A stretch of 45,184 nucleotides of DNA from Octopus bimaculoides (taxonomy: Eukaryota). Position 1 is the stretch's first letter, and the number at the start of each line of letters is the position of its first letter. A program made the position numbers and the translations under genes. Positions 22,900-35,760 of the stretch are shown piece by piece. The stretch covers positions 29,151,726-29,196,909 of the forward strand of contig NC_068992.1 of NCBI RefSeq assembly GCF_001194135.2, written 5' to 3'. The notes below the pieces were generated by a model. It was given only the letters and a program-made list of their open reading frames with translations. It did no database searches and was not told the DNA's origin.

Positions 22900-25700
22900 A
22901 AAATAATGTGCGTATTAGTGTTGACTTATGAAGTCTTGGGATTATATAATAGCAATCATAAGGTTTCTGCCAGAAGCTAAAAGGTACAAAGAAACGTACA
23001 ATTGAGCATGAAAAAGAACAAAGTGGATACAAATTGATTTTAGCAACTCTAGGACTTCGGGATTGCGCTTTGTTGATGCTCATTGTAAATGAAAGGGAAA
23101 CCTGACTCTGAAGTCATTTAAAATTGAAGGACATATTTGTCGAGATCAAAAGAAAATTTGTAATGAAAATGTTTTCTTCTTTGGCATGTCAAAACCTTTC
23201 CTTCTATGACGTGTGAAAGCATACGTTAACATATATTCGTCAGGTGTTCTTGTTTTGTTGACATGAGCAAGTTTTTGACTTGCCTTCACTAAGGTAAAGC
23301 ATTAAGCTCATCTACGTGTGTGGGGTTACCTCCTTCAACATGCCTCCGATATAGGATGTCTTCTGAAGAGGATTTGACAGTCATTTCTCACTCGGTCGAT
23401 GTACCACATATATAACCCACTATCGATTTTGCGTATTAATTTAGTAAAAATGTGACATTGTCTAATAAAAAAAAAATATTTATTGATGTTGAGGGATCAA
23501 TCATTGACTGAGCAGCTGGAGAATCACTAAAGTTATCATTGTTATTCTGCTTGCTGTATGGCTCCATGTTAGCATAGAAGAATTTTGGCAAATTCAACTG
23601 CGAGACATAGTTGAATATATCTTGTGAACTGCTGCATGAGTGTTCAGTGGATCTAACAACTTGCACTTCTATAAAATAAACTACATTTTCTCGATGAACA
23701 GCTCAATGTATCACGCTTGGGTGGGGCTCATTGATACAGAATTTCATATTTCTTTACGTTCCTTCATTAGTATTAATGCCTCTTCTTGTAAGCTGAATCA
23801 TAGAGAATGCTTGTGTCTGAATCATGAACGTTAAAACGGATTGATCCTTTCTTTTGTTAACATAAATGCAAATCTTTTGTTCATGTGTTTGAAATCGCAA
23901 CTAATAGATTTAACTGAATTGCAAAATTCAGTATTCATGTGTGCTTTAAAATTCCTCAAAACCTGGTGAATTTGAAAGTATCCATTGATTGTCTATTTCA
24001 ATAGTGGAATTTCGTTGTTTGATTATGGCTGCAAATCTTCCGTTGTTTGGTTTCCTTTTTTTATAAGTGGATATTCATAGTGATCAGTTTGCTTCTTGGC
24101 TAGGAAATGATTCTTTTCATGCATTGGGATTATTTGTTTAGGTGTCCACGTCAGCAACGAATACACTATTTATTCATAGTGTCATGGAAGACAGTAACAG
24201 AGTCTTTAACTGAAATTTCATTAGAAAGGGTATCGTCCCTATCTTTTGTTCCATCCAAAGCATGAATTAAGTCACCTTTTAGAGTATATGAAACTGAAAT
24301 TTTTAGAAGAGAGCCCTTTCAAAAATTGTTCTTTAAAGTTAATCATATTTTGACAGAAAACACCTGTGACACTACCAAGCCAATTTGAGGCTGTTAGCTT
24401 AGAAAATAATGGCCACATGGCAAGTCGACCAATTTTCGCCAGATAGTCAGCTTTGATGAAAACTACTCTAAGATCAGTATAATTTTCAGCTCCCAACTGT
24501 TTCAGTTTGATGAAGGTAAGATTTCTGATTCGAATCAATTTACCGAAACAAATTTTACATCCAATCCTTGGACACTAAAGTTCTATCCTACTCCGCCTTT
24601 CCAAAATAGTAAAAAATATTATAGTAAATAATAGGAACGTTGTGCTTTTGAAAATCTGATAAGAGATTGGTTATCTTTTTTTGACAATTATATATCTTCT
24701 TTGGAATTCCTACCTAACAATTAAAATGACAATCTAATTGCAAATAGCAGTATTAAAATGACGCACATATTCATTAGAAGACACCTTATCTGTCGGGATG
24801 ATTCCATATTAGTTATATTCACATTTTTTCTGAGCAGTTTTGACGCTTCTTACATAGAACCAGAGTAGATGCCTCATTCTCTGAATATTTACGAGGGTGA
24901 GTCAAAAAGTAATGCCATTTTGTTTAGGACAGGTATAATTACCAACACAGGAACATGTATCATACATCAAAATGAAGCTGGTCCTCTGTGGATCACATCC
25001 CCACCTCTCAACATAGTCACCGTTTCTCTCAGTAGCAATGTTTCACCTTCGAATGAGAGCATGTACCCCTGCCCCGTAAAATTCTGTTGACTGTTCTTTG
25101 AGCCACTTCTTCACTACAGTTTTCACTTCCTCGTCACTGGAATAATGTTTGCCTCTCAATCCCTCTTCCATGGGGCCGAAGAGATGATAGTCCAGTGAAG
25201 ATGATAGTCCAATGACGAAGAAGTGAAAGCTGTAGTGAAGAAGTGGCTCAAAGGACAGTCAACAGAATTTTACGGGACAAGGGATACATGCTCTCATTCG
25301 AAGGTGGAACATTGCTACGGAGAAAAATGGTGACTATGTTGAGAAGTAGGGATATGATCCACAGAGGACCAGCTTCATTTTGATGTATGATACATGATCC
25401 TGTGTTGGTAATTATACCTGTCCTAAACAAAATGGCATTACTTTTTGACTCACCCTTGTAAGACAACTTTCTCTGAAAGCTCTGGAACATCACAATCAAC
25501 ATTACCTTCTCTGTTCTTGGTCATCATCTGTGATGTATATCAAAAGGTATTACAAACAAATATTTGGACAGGAAAGAAGACAACTTGTTTGATAAATATA
25601 CTCATTTATTTTGATTATAAGCATTTATCTTCTTTCCTTACTTTCAATAACACCACGATGAGTTATCTGAAAACAAGAGATATTATTTTCTAGTTTTAAA
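22900..25700 (-). mobile_element. Decayed, internally deleted Helitron Rep-helicase (RepHel)
   Basis: Ordered minus-strand motifs: FQIT...KINEYIYQ; EYVRHFNTAICN*IVILIVR*EF; NLTFIKLKQLGAENYTDLR (ORF 24272-24538); TDHYEYPL; EIDNQWILSNSP..RNFKAHMNTEFCNSVKSI; PSVIH*AVHRENVVYF; QLCLAVEFAKILL; SEDILYRR; and the PIF1 C-terminus FK*LQSQVSLSFTMSINKAQSRS (ORF 22862-23083). Confidence 0.85.
24892..25458. mobile_element. Palindromic mariner derivative made of two 3' ends, with TA target duplication
   Basis: Arms 24892-25140 and 25209-25458 are about 94% identical inverted copies. TA lies at 24890-24891 and 25459-25460. The arms encode the mariner C-terminus DYHLFGPMEEGLRGKHYSSDEEVKTVVKKWLKEQSTEFY...NGDYVE. 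Confidence 0.92.
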
Positions 25701-25787
25701 AGTAATTTATTTGATTCTGCTGCATTTTCTTTCGACAATGGTACAGAGACACTCATATTAGGTCGTAATATTACACCTCCATCTAAT

Positions 25788-25985
25788 AAGGCGTCGAGCT
25801 GGCAGAATCATTAGCACACCGGACAAAATGGCTAGCGGCATTTCGTCCGATTCCGCCAAGGTCGACTTTTCCTTTCATCCTTTCGGGGTCAATAAAACGA
25901 AGAACCAGTCGAGCACTGGGATCGATGTAATCGACTTACCCACGTCCCCGAAATTGCTGGCTTTGAGCCAAAATTCGAAACCAAT
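25788..25985 (+). mobile_element. tRNA-derived octopus-type SINE with internal deletion of the B-box region
   Basis: GGCGTCGAGCTGGCAGAATCATTAGCACACCGGACAAAATG...AGGTCGACTTTTCCTTTCATCCTTTCGGGGTC...GATCGATGTAATCGACT. Confidence 0.88.
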
Positions 25986-26919
25986 TTTGCTACCTCATTT
26001 GAACAGTGCACACTTAAATCTCCTTTAACCTCACTCCAAAGGCGTACGTGTTAAAGACATTTCATTAAGACAGCTCGTGTCTTAATTGATGCAATGTTCT
26101 TAACTGTTGAATCATCTTGACAAAACCACCGTTATGCTGGTCATTACAAGTAATAATCTCTTCAGAATAGAGGACCTACACATGCCATGGACACTGTTCT
26201 TCCTTCCAGATTAACTTTGTAAAAATATTTTAATGACTACACTTAGTAGTATACAGCACAGGCAAAAATTATACGTTGAGGAAAAGGGCTGTAAAAACAC
26301 CGGCCGCGAAATTGTAGACGATGAAGCTATAGCTTTTGGTAAATAGTACATACCTCTCTCTATTTTAATATTCCATTGGTGGTTAAGTGTCTCCTTTATG
26401 GACTCAATACAACACCACTGAGAAAACGTGAACCGCAACGAAAATCATAAATCGATCGGCGTTCTGTCATATCTGATTGAGCTCAGCGAACCACGATACA
26501 CAAAACTAAATACCATAAATCCATTTAGATTAAGTTGCCCGTAACAAACTCTTTACTCTACAAATCATTATAGGAACTCTCCTAGATTGCTGCTCCATGA
26601 TTACATTTTATAAATCTGTTTATTCATTATAGTTTTAGTTACGTCTATTTGTTAGTTCATTTTGTTTCTTTGTGTTTGTCTTAAACTATTTCCACTGATT
26701 GCTGATTGAGATTTCTGACAGTAAATCAACATAGACATAAATTAGAAGATTAGCAGATTAGAAGATTTGCAGATTAAGAGATTATTTGATAACAATTAGC
26801 ATGAAGGGATTGTTCTAAAGCATGAATGTTCAGTTGAAAATGCAAATCTCTCATTTGGAGTTTGCAGTTTGAAATGCATTATTATGTGTACTTAAATGTA
26901 CTCATCCCACAAAAACATA

Positions 26920-27031
26920 AAGCAAACACACACACAGACACACAGATACAACACAATACATTACATTCATATCACATATACCTACATACGTATACGTCAT
27001 GTATATATGTATATACGTGGATGTGTGTGCT

Positions 27032-27066
<35 letters not shown>

Positions 27067-27540
27067 CCACATATACGCATATACATACATATATATGTGT
27101 GTGTATGTGTATATGCGCATGTGTTTGTGTAAAATAATACTGGAATACGGCATAGCAAACCCATGCATGCACGCATTCATATTCTCCAGTTCACATCAGG
27201 ATATCTGAACATTCGCACAGAAAAACAATTAGATTATAACGATTTCGTCAAACTATTCGTCCATTATTTTTTTCTCAGTTTCTATCTCTAAATTTTGCAT
27301 GCGGCAGGAAATGTGTGGGTGAATACTTTGCCCTAAGTGGGGACGTTGGCAGTGAAGTAGTTACTAGTGATAATATCGGTGGGAGTGTTAAAAGTTGTAG
27401 ACGTGGTGTTTGTACGTATGTACTTAAGCATATTTCTATATACGTATGCTCTTATGCATATATGTATGTATGTATGTATGTATACGTATATATGCTTGTG
27501 TGTATGTGTGTGTGTGTGTACTTGCATGCAAGTATGTAGT
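26920..27540. repeat. Degenerate (CA)/(TA)/(TG)/(TATG) microsatellites
   Basis: Direct inspection. Confidence 0.85.
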
Positions 27541-27752
27541 TATGATTTGTAAGTGTAGATGCATCTTCAATCTATATGTGTGATGCGTGTGAGAGGAACT
27601 TCAATATTTTTTGTACGTTAGTTTAACTTTCCGGTAGAACATAGCGTAACCACACTTCTCTATCCATTACATACACTCTTTGCTATTTCTATGTTCATCT
27701 ATTTCACTGTTCATATAATCATTTCGATATTTCCTCTCTAGTCAATGATCAA

Positions 27753-27782
27753 AATAATAATAATAATAATAATAACAATAAC

Positions 27783-27846
<64 letters not shown>
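27753..27846. repeat. (AAT)n microsatellite
   Basis: Direct inspection. Confidence 0.97.
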
Positions 27847-27847
<1 letters not shown>

Positions 27848-28149
27848 CGTTTGAAAGTTGTTCACATCACTGCTTATGAAGCAAATATGAATAGTTTGGC
27901 AAACATCTAGGCAAATGTCCTAACTAGCCATTCATGTAAATAGTCATATGTAGTCTAACAGTTGTTGTTGTTGGTGGTGGTGATGGAGCGGCTCTGGTAG
28001 TGGAAGAGAATATGTTTCTGAATGCACTTGTCACAAAGGTAGGGGCTGCAGAGTAGGTGCTTGTTGCAGTGGTGTTGGTGGAAGTCGAAGTATGAAACGA
28101 TGTCCATGATAGCAGCAGAGATTCTGCTTTTCGTAGGGAAAGGGAGAGA

Positions 28150-28231
28150 GAAGAGAGGTGTTTATGTGTGTGTTTGCATTTGTATGTGCTTATCTGTATG
28201 GGTGTATGTGTGTGTATGTATATATATATGC

Positions 28232-28289
<58 letters not shown>

Positions 28290-28356
28290 GTCTGTCTGTC
28301 TGTCTGTCTGTCTTTTTCACTTTCTGTCTCTGTGTCTCTGTATATATATATGTGTA

Positions 28357-28388
<32 letters not shown>

Positions 28389-28615
28389 NNNNNNNNNNNN
28401 NNNNNNNNNNNNNNNNNNNNNNNNNNNNNNNNNNNNNNNNNNNNNNNNNNNNNNNNNNNNNNNNNNNNNNNNNNNNNNNNNNNNNNNNNNNNNNNNNNNN
28501 NNNNNNNNNNNNNNNNNNNNNNNNNNNNNNNNNNNNNNNNNNNNNNNNNNNNNNNNNNNNNNNNNNNNNNNNNNNNNNNNNNNNNNNNNNNNNNNNNNNN
28601 NNNNNNNNNNNNNNN

Positions 28616-28668
<53 letters not shown>

Positions 28669-28735
28669 TATATATATACATACACACACATATATATACA
28701 CACACATATGTATACACATAGATGCACACACACGC
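28150..28735. repeat. (TG)/(CTAT)/(CTGT)/(TA) compound microsatellite with gap 28389-28615
   Basis: Direct inspection. Confidence 0.95.
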
Positions 28736-29689
28736 ACTGTCAAAAACCTAAAGGCTCATTCGGCATGAATTTTTTCTAGTTTTCAAGGATTTAAAACCCC
28801 GAGAGTTTCAGAATTTCCTTTAAATGGAACACCAGTCTGTTGCAAGGGGAACCCTCTACATCTGCTAGAAATTGAACTCCTATCTATTTGATCATGATCC
28901 AAACACAATACCTCTTTGGTTACGAGCCTTCACATATATATATTGAATATTCAATCCGTTCCAATTCTTCAAGTGCTGTTCCTTGGTTCATAAGCGACAT
29001 AAGATTCATTACCTTATAGAAGCAGGTCTTTTGGTGAAGAATAAGGTAGAGTGACAAAGCCTTTGAATTAGTTTGTAAGAGTCTGCAAAGATTATATTGC
29101 CATAACGTCATGTTTTTGAAGGCTACCACCGTGTGACTTGTGATCTTTGGTGATACCAGCGAATTGTCAGCCTCTAATCAATAAATACACCCATGCTTAT
29201 ATTCCTGCAAACATAGATATTATTTGCAGACGTCAGACAACACCTTAACTAGATACCAAGCTAGAGCGAAAAAGACTCATTTTAAACAGATTTTCAATAT
29301 ATGTTTTTAAAAAATATATTGTATATTGCGAAATTCTTTAGAAACAACCGTGTTAAAATCTGAAGTTCTTAAATTTACATCTACAGTCTCCGCAGCCCAC
29401 TTGAAATTTTGAATAATGAGCGAAAAGTCAATTTATGTTTGCTACTCCTCATTTTGTTTCTTACATTCATCGTTATGAATCAATATTCTTTTGTAAAATG
29501 CATTAAAAACAAGAGTTTTAAAATCTCAAGCTCTAAATTTTTTATCTTTAGGCTTCTCAGCGCTCTTGAAATTTCGAAATTATGTGAGATAAGTAGACTT
29601 TTCGACTTCGTTTTCTTTATAATCTTTAATACTCGGTCAACAAATATATATGTGTTGTATGAATACTAAATTAGACACATATTAAAATG

Positions 29690-30223
29690 AATTAAACAAA
29701 TTGTCAAGATTGTAGCAGAAAAGATAATTCTTCTTTGGCAAAAGACATCCATTCCTTGTGTTACGATTGAGTCAGTTAAACCAAAAATTTTAATCTTTCC
29801 TTCGCTGACGTAGAAGGGCGACTGTGATCTGTCCGATTCTCCCTAATCAACCTTTGAACTTTCTGTTTAGATACTGCTTGATCAATTCCGCCAATGATCA
29901 TTTTTAGATTTCGCCTTTGATCCTGCAAAAAATATTTTTGTGGTACTTTTCTGTCTCTATTACAACTGCACTTTTTAAAGGAGTTGCATTTGTAACAGGA
30001 AATTTGAAATAAATCTTTTGCTAAATTGTTTTTAAACATATTACACTTTGTTTGAAACGATGGCACATTTTTTCTATTTTTCACAGATTTTGGTAATGCT
30101 TGGTACTTTAGGTAAAAATTTAAGATTTTCGGTTTAACTGACTTAATCGTAACATAAGGGATGTATCCCTTTTAGCAAAGAAGACTTATCTTTTCTGCCA
30201 TAACCATGACAATTTGTTTAATT
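29690..30223 (-). mobile_element. Element bounded by ~110-bp imperfect inverted repeats, enclosing a Cys-rich transposase-like fragment
   Basis: AATTAAACAAATTGTC...GTTACGATTGAGTCAGTTAAACC at 29690 is mirrored at about 30110-30223. ORF 29776-30084 has LFQISCYKC..FKKCSCNRDRKVP..FLQDQR.N.KMIIGGID, resembling the N-terminal region of some DNA transposases. The family is not confidently assigned. Confidence 0.62.
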
Positions 30224-30457
30224 GAAGGATCTTTCTTAACTCCATTCTTTTCTTTTTCTCGTGCAAATAAAACACATTTTAGTACGTCCTAATAAACTGG
30301 CAAACCTCGCTCGCTAAGATCCCAAGGAGTACCAAATATTGGGCATTCAATATGATGACGCGCTATTGGCTGATGAGTTATGACTAAACGTAAACAACAC
30401 TAAATTTAACACGATCATTAATTTTAATACAAAGTCAAGGTACAAAACAGAAAACTT

Positions 30458-30531
30458 CACACACGACGTATGTCCACACACGACGTATGTCCACACACGA
30501 TGTATGTCCACACACGACGTATGTCCATACA
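30458..30531. repeat. 17-bp minisatellite, about 4 copies (CGACGTATGTCCACACA)
   Basis: Units start at 30464, 30481, 30498 and 30515. Confidence 0.95.
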
Positions 30532-30904
30532 CAACGAACGTTGCAGCGGCACTGGAGAGAAGTTCACATTCCCATTCTCTTTATAGTCAATGCGGAAACA
30601 CAAGGTATTAGTCAATTGTATTAAAACTTACTACGCGACTTTTGAAGGATATTATATTTACTGTTACACATTTCGCTATGTAGAAATATGTATTTGGTAC
30701 GGTACGACTTACAATCTATAAAAAACAAAATTCGACCAAAAATATCGATTAACGATTAAAAATTTTTTCGATTGCACTGCGGAACCTGGAAAAATATTTA
30801 ACCGCAAAGTTCTTTATACATCTTTCTTTTAACCCTAATTCGCAACGAAATCTCGTATAGAGTAAAGTATTTACTCCTCCAAATAGCTAAAACCCTACCA
30901 AAAA

Positions 30905-31110
30905 TGTCAACCACAGATACGATTCAGGTCTTAGCGTATTCATTGAATGCAAGCGGAACTTTCGACAGGGGCTGCTTGCAGTCTATGTCGACCTCCAAAA
31001 GATGTTTGACTCGGTGGACGGAGATGTACATTGGGGTATTCTGGAGGTGGGAGTTATACCTACCCTATTGTTTGGACTGACGAGGGCATTGTACACGGGA
31101 ACAAAACCCC
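30905..31110 (+). mobile_element. RTE-clade LINE RT fragment
   Basis: Reading from 30930: LSVFIECKRNFRQGLLAVYVDLQKMFDSVDGDVHWGILEVGVIPTLLFGLTRALYTGT (RT motif 3, YVDLxKAFDSV). Confidence 0.85.
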
Positions 31111-31204
31111 ACAATGCAATCAAATTATTATCATAAAAACTGGCAAGAAGTTTACAAGTAGACGCACAAACAGAATACCAAGCAAGACGATAACCACACA
31201 TCAC

Positions 31205-31348
31205 ACTGATTTTGCGTCTACTAAATTCACTCACAAGATACTGGTCAGCCTAGGGCTATACTCGAAGATATTTGCTCAAGGTGCCGCGCAGTAGGGCTGA
31301 ACCCGAAACCACCTGGTTGCAAAATGAGCTTCTAAACCACATTTCAGG
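31205..31348 (-). mobile_element. CORE-like SINE copy
   Basis: GTCTACTAAATTCACTCACAAG...TTGCTCAAGGTGCCGCGCAGTAGGGCTGAACCCGAAACCACCTGGTTGC. Confidence 0.75.
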
Positions 31349-31369
31349 CTAACACTTACACTTACACTT

Positions 31370-31400
<31 letters not shown>

Positions 31401-31584
31401 CCTACATGTATGCGTATGTAAATACATACATNNNNNNNNNNNNNNNNNNNNNNNNNNNNNNNNNNNNNNNNNNNNNNNNNNNNNNNNNNNNNNNNNNNNN
31501 NNNNNNNNNNNNNNNNNNNNNNNNNNNNNNNNNNNNNNNNNNNNNNNNNNNNNNNNNNNNNNNNNNNNNNNNNNNNNNNNNNNN

Positions 31585-31642
<58 letters not shown>

Positions 31643-32059
31643 CAAATACAGCAAAACATCTCCTTGGCAAATCCTGAAATGCAGGTTAGTCAACCTATCG
31701 AAAAGCAAATTTGGTATAGTGACCCTTCCCCCACACAAAAATCAACAAAAAAACCTAGGTATGAATTGGTTTGAGTTTATACTATGTGATAATTGTAGAT
31801 TTCTATGAGACAGTCGGAAAATCCTTCCTAATAAAACCACTGGAGTTTGCAAGACGGCAATTAGCAGGGAAACATAATAATAATTTCAAGAAAACTTTAG
31901 CTTTTTCACTGAGGGTAAAGTATTAAAAAACAAAGAAACAAAAAAAAAAAATCAAAAACAAAATACAAAACAATATCAAAATAAAGAAAAAAACAGCTTT
32001 TCGAGATGAAACCAGGATGTTACAGGAGAGCTGAGAGCTGGGAACTATTAGGATTAAAT

Positions 32060-33700
32060 ATGTAGTAAAAGCTAAACTAAGCAACATGTTCAACCGAAAT
32101 GCCAAACAACTTTACAAAGAAAATGGCATTAAAATACTCAAGATAAGAACGAACACAAACGAGACAAATTTAAAAAGATAAATAATAAAAATCAAACTAA
32201 GAAAAAACAAAGTGATGCATTCAAATGGTTCAACCTTAAAATAACCATCCGCAACAATCTGCCTAAAGCAAATTTCCTAGAGAGAATACTAAAGCTAAAC
32301 ACAGGAAAAATATTCGTGCAGAAACCGAATGAAGTGCAGTTTTATATAAACAAGAATTCCAACAACGCTCATTCAGTAACAAAGATGTTAGCAAAATACA
32401 CTGGAGAAAATCAACAATGTTCTTCTACGCTGAGATGAGATGTAGAAATAAGTGGATGCAAAGACAAATGAGAATATGTCTAGTTACACAAACGAACTAT
32501 TAGCGAAAAACAGCGGAATAAACGTATCCTAGTTCAATCCGACATTCGCCTTAAACAATGCCAACCTACTCTCTACTATTTATTATCAAACACTTCTTAG
32601 TCAGCCAGTGGTACTCCAAATTATTCAAAAGAAACAGACAAAAGTTAGCTAAAACTTTCAAACCCATCATCCACACCATAAACAATATCTAGTGTAAAAC
32701 ACATGTAACTGTAATGGATCTTTTCACCAGAGAGCAAAAAAAAAAAAAAAAAAAAAAAAAAGCATGTTCATCAAACTACATTCGTGACTTAAGAATGTTA
32801 TATAAAATCATAAACCTGATAATAATAGACAATGGCAAACCTTAGATAAATGTTTCCGGAATATGGTTGCTGTATACCGCAGAAATATATATTATAATTA
32901 CATTATAAATAGGATTGCTTCCAATGTTTACTTTGCAAATATTGGAATAAATTCATTAAAACAATCTCGTTCAAACGGCAAACCGAGAGAACATTCGATG
33001 ATGTACAAGCAGAAGAAACAGTGGTTAAGTTACAACAATGACTTTAAATTTTGGTACAAGGCCAGCAATTTTGAAGGAGGTTGTAAGTCAATTATATCGA
33101 CCTCATTGCTCAACTCATTATCGACGTCGAAAGGATAAAAGTTAAAGTCGAGTTCGGCAGAATTTGAACTCAGAATCTGGAGACAAACGAAACAGCGCTA
33201 AGCATTATGCAAACGCCAACGCTAAGAAAAGGACAGAACGAATTAACCTTCGGGGAAACTAAATTGGAGACATAAATATCGGTAACCTATTATTACAAAT
33301 TATGTAAAAAAAATATTTTCAGTAAATTCTGATATGAGATAATTTACGAAAATCGCAGAACGACCACAATAGCAATACAGGATATAAATGGCGTAATTAA
33401 GAAAAAGATGCAGGATAGCAGTGAACTACTCAAGGGATAAGCGATAAACACATAAACAAACAATACAAGATGTATCTTAGAAAAACAGGATGTGATTATG
33501 CAACAGAAAAACAAAGACAGAAAGACGACTAATTTGAATAATGAAAAAAGATCAGGCAGAGATTAGCAATTTCAGAAAAAAATATCTTCATCATAGCAGG
33601 TCATGAAAGAAAAATTACAGAGTAAAACAACAAGGTAGATGAATAATGAAAGAATAAATAAATAAACATATAAACAAATAAATTGCAAAATAAAAAGTAA
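32060..33700 (+). mobile_element. Highly decayed R4/Dong-like element body, interrupted by a SINE
   Basis: Weak ordered motifs NMFNRNAKQLYKE (~32083), GCKD (~32455), LDKC (~32840) and IAIQD (~33368) amid many stops. Confidence 0.4.
33075..33225 (-). mobile_element. Degraded tRNA-derived SINE copy
   Basis: AAGTCAATTATATCGACC...GAAAGGATAAAAGTTAAAGTCGAGTTCGGCAGAATTTGAACTCAGAA...GCTAAGCATT. Confidence 0.8.
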
Positions 33701-33972
33701 AAAAACACAAAAATTGTCAAATGAATCAACATAGTGGAAATATATTTGAAATCAGCCATTAAAAACAATAACAATAGACATAAGAGTAATTCTGCTCAAA
33801 TACATATATAAAGCGAGTCCAATAACGAAAAAAGACAGTTCTCGTCTGAAATCGTTGAGTTGTGCGTCTTGCGTTAGAAGAAAAGAATTCTATTTAAAAA
33901 CAGACTGTAGATCTTACATCATGTACTGTATAGATTTTTCTTCTTTCATCGACAAACTGTAACTTTAGAATG

Positions 33973-34024
<52 letters not shown>

Positions 34025-34771
34025 NNNNNNNNNNNNNNNNNNNNNNNNNNNNNNNNNNNNNNNNNNNNNNNNNNNNNNNNNNNNNNNNNNNNNNNNNNNN
34101 NNNNNNNNNNNNNNNNNNNNNNNNNNNNNNNNNNNNNNNNNNNNNNNNNNNNNNNNNNNNNNNNNNNNNNNNNNNNNNNNNNNNNNNNNNNNNNNNNNNN
34201 NNNNNNNNNNNNNNNNNNNNNNNNNNNNNNNNNNNNNNNNNNNNNNNNNNNNNNNNNNNNNNNNNNNNNNNNNNNNNNNNNNNNNNNNNNNNNNNNNNNN
34301 NNNNNNNNNNNNNNNNNNNNNNNNNNNNNNNNNNNNNNNNNNNNNNNNNNNNNNNNNNNNNNNNNNNNNNNNNNNNNNNNNNNNNNNNNNNNNNNNNNNN
34401 NNNNNNNNNNNNNNNNNNNNNNNNNNNNNNNNNNNNNNNNNNNNNNNNNNNNNNNNNNNNNNNNNNNNNNNNNNNNNNNNNNNNNNNNNNNNNNNNNNNN
34501 NNNNNNNNNNNNNNNNNNNNNNNNNNNNNNNNNNNNNNNNNNNNNNNNNNNNNNNNNNNNNNNNNNNNNNNNNNNNNNNNNNNNNNNNNNNNNNNNNNNN
34601 NNNNNNNNNNNNNNNNNNNNNNNNNNNNNNNNNNNNNNNNNNNNNNNNNNNATATATATACATACTCATATAACACATATACGAAGAGTATATGTGTGTG
34701 TGTATGTACGTATGTCATCGTGCTTGTGTTTCAGTGCTTAACAGGGGATGATTTCTTTATGTCCCCGTCAA

Positions 34772-34824
<53 letters not shown>

Positions 34825-35239
34825 TAGTGTTTCCTGTAAATGAGGAATATCGAAGTACCAGACTTAATAAAATAAGTACGGGGGTAAATTGGTCCGACTA
34901 TACACATGCACACTTATGTATATAACGCTGAAACAATCGACGGGCAGGGATATCACGACTGACTGAAGTTTCAGGTAGATGACGTTTTCTATGGGCATAC
35001 GAATGAAATTGAGTAGTTGAAAACTACTAAGAATCCCGTCGAGTAGCTTGTCCCTATAATCCAAATATTCGACCTTGTCACATATTCAAGCACGTTGATT
35101 AGTGTGAAAATTACTTTAAGGGGACACTTGTCTATGGAATAACCTGTCACTAAATGAGTAAGCAATGCAGGTGATCAAGCAACAGGAAACGTCATCGCTG
35201 AAACCGACGTAGAACCCTGTCTGTAGAAAGTTCACATAT

Positions 35240-35393
35240 ATATGCTTATTTATACATGCACAACGTTCTATCTATCTATCTATCTTTCCATCTATGTATG
35301 TATGTATGTATGTATGTATGTATGTATGTATGTATGTATCTATCTATCTCTCTTTCTCTCTATTCACCTAACTATATCTGTCTGTCTCTCTAT

Positions 35394-35440
<47 letters not shown>

Positions 35441-35490
35441 CCTCTGTCTCTCTGTCTCTCTGTCACTATCTCTCTATATACATATACACG

Positions 35491-35534
<44 letters not shown>

Positions 35535-35760
35535 NNNNNNNNNNNNNNNNNNNNNNNNNNNNNNNNNNNNNNNNNNNNNNNNNNNNNNNNNNNNNNNNNN
35601 NNNNNNNNNNNNNNNNNNNNNNNNNNNNNNNNNNNNNNNNNNNNNNNNNNNNNNNNNNNNNNNNNNNNNNNNNNNNNNNNNNNNNNNNNNNNNNNNNNNN
35701 NNNNNNNNNNNNNNNNNNNNNNNNNNNNNNNNNNATATATATATATATATATATACACGA
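35240..35760. repeat. (CTAT)/(GTAT)/(TA) compound microsatellite with gap 35535-35734
   Basis: Direct inspection. Confidence 0.95.
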
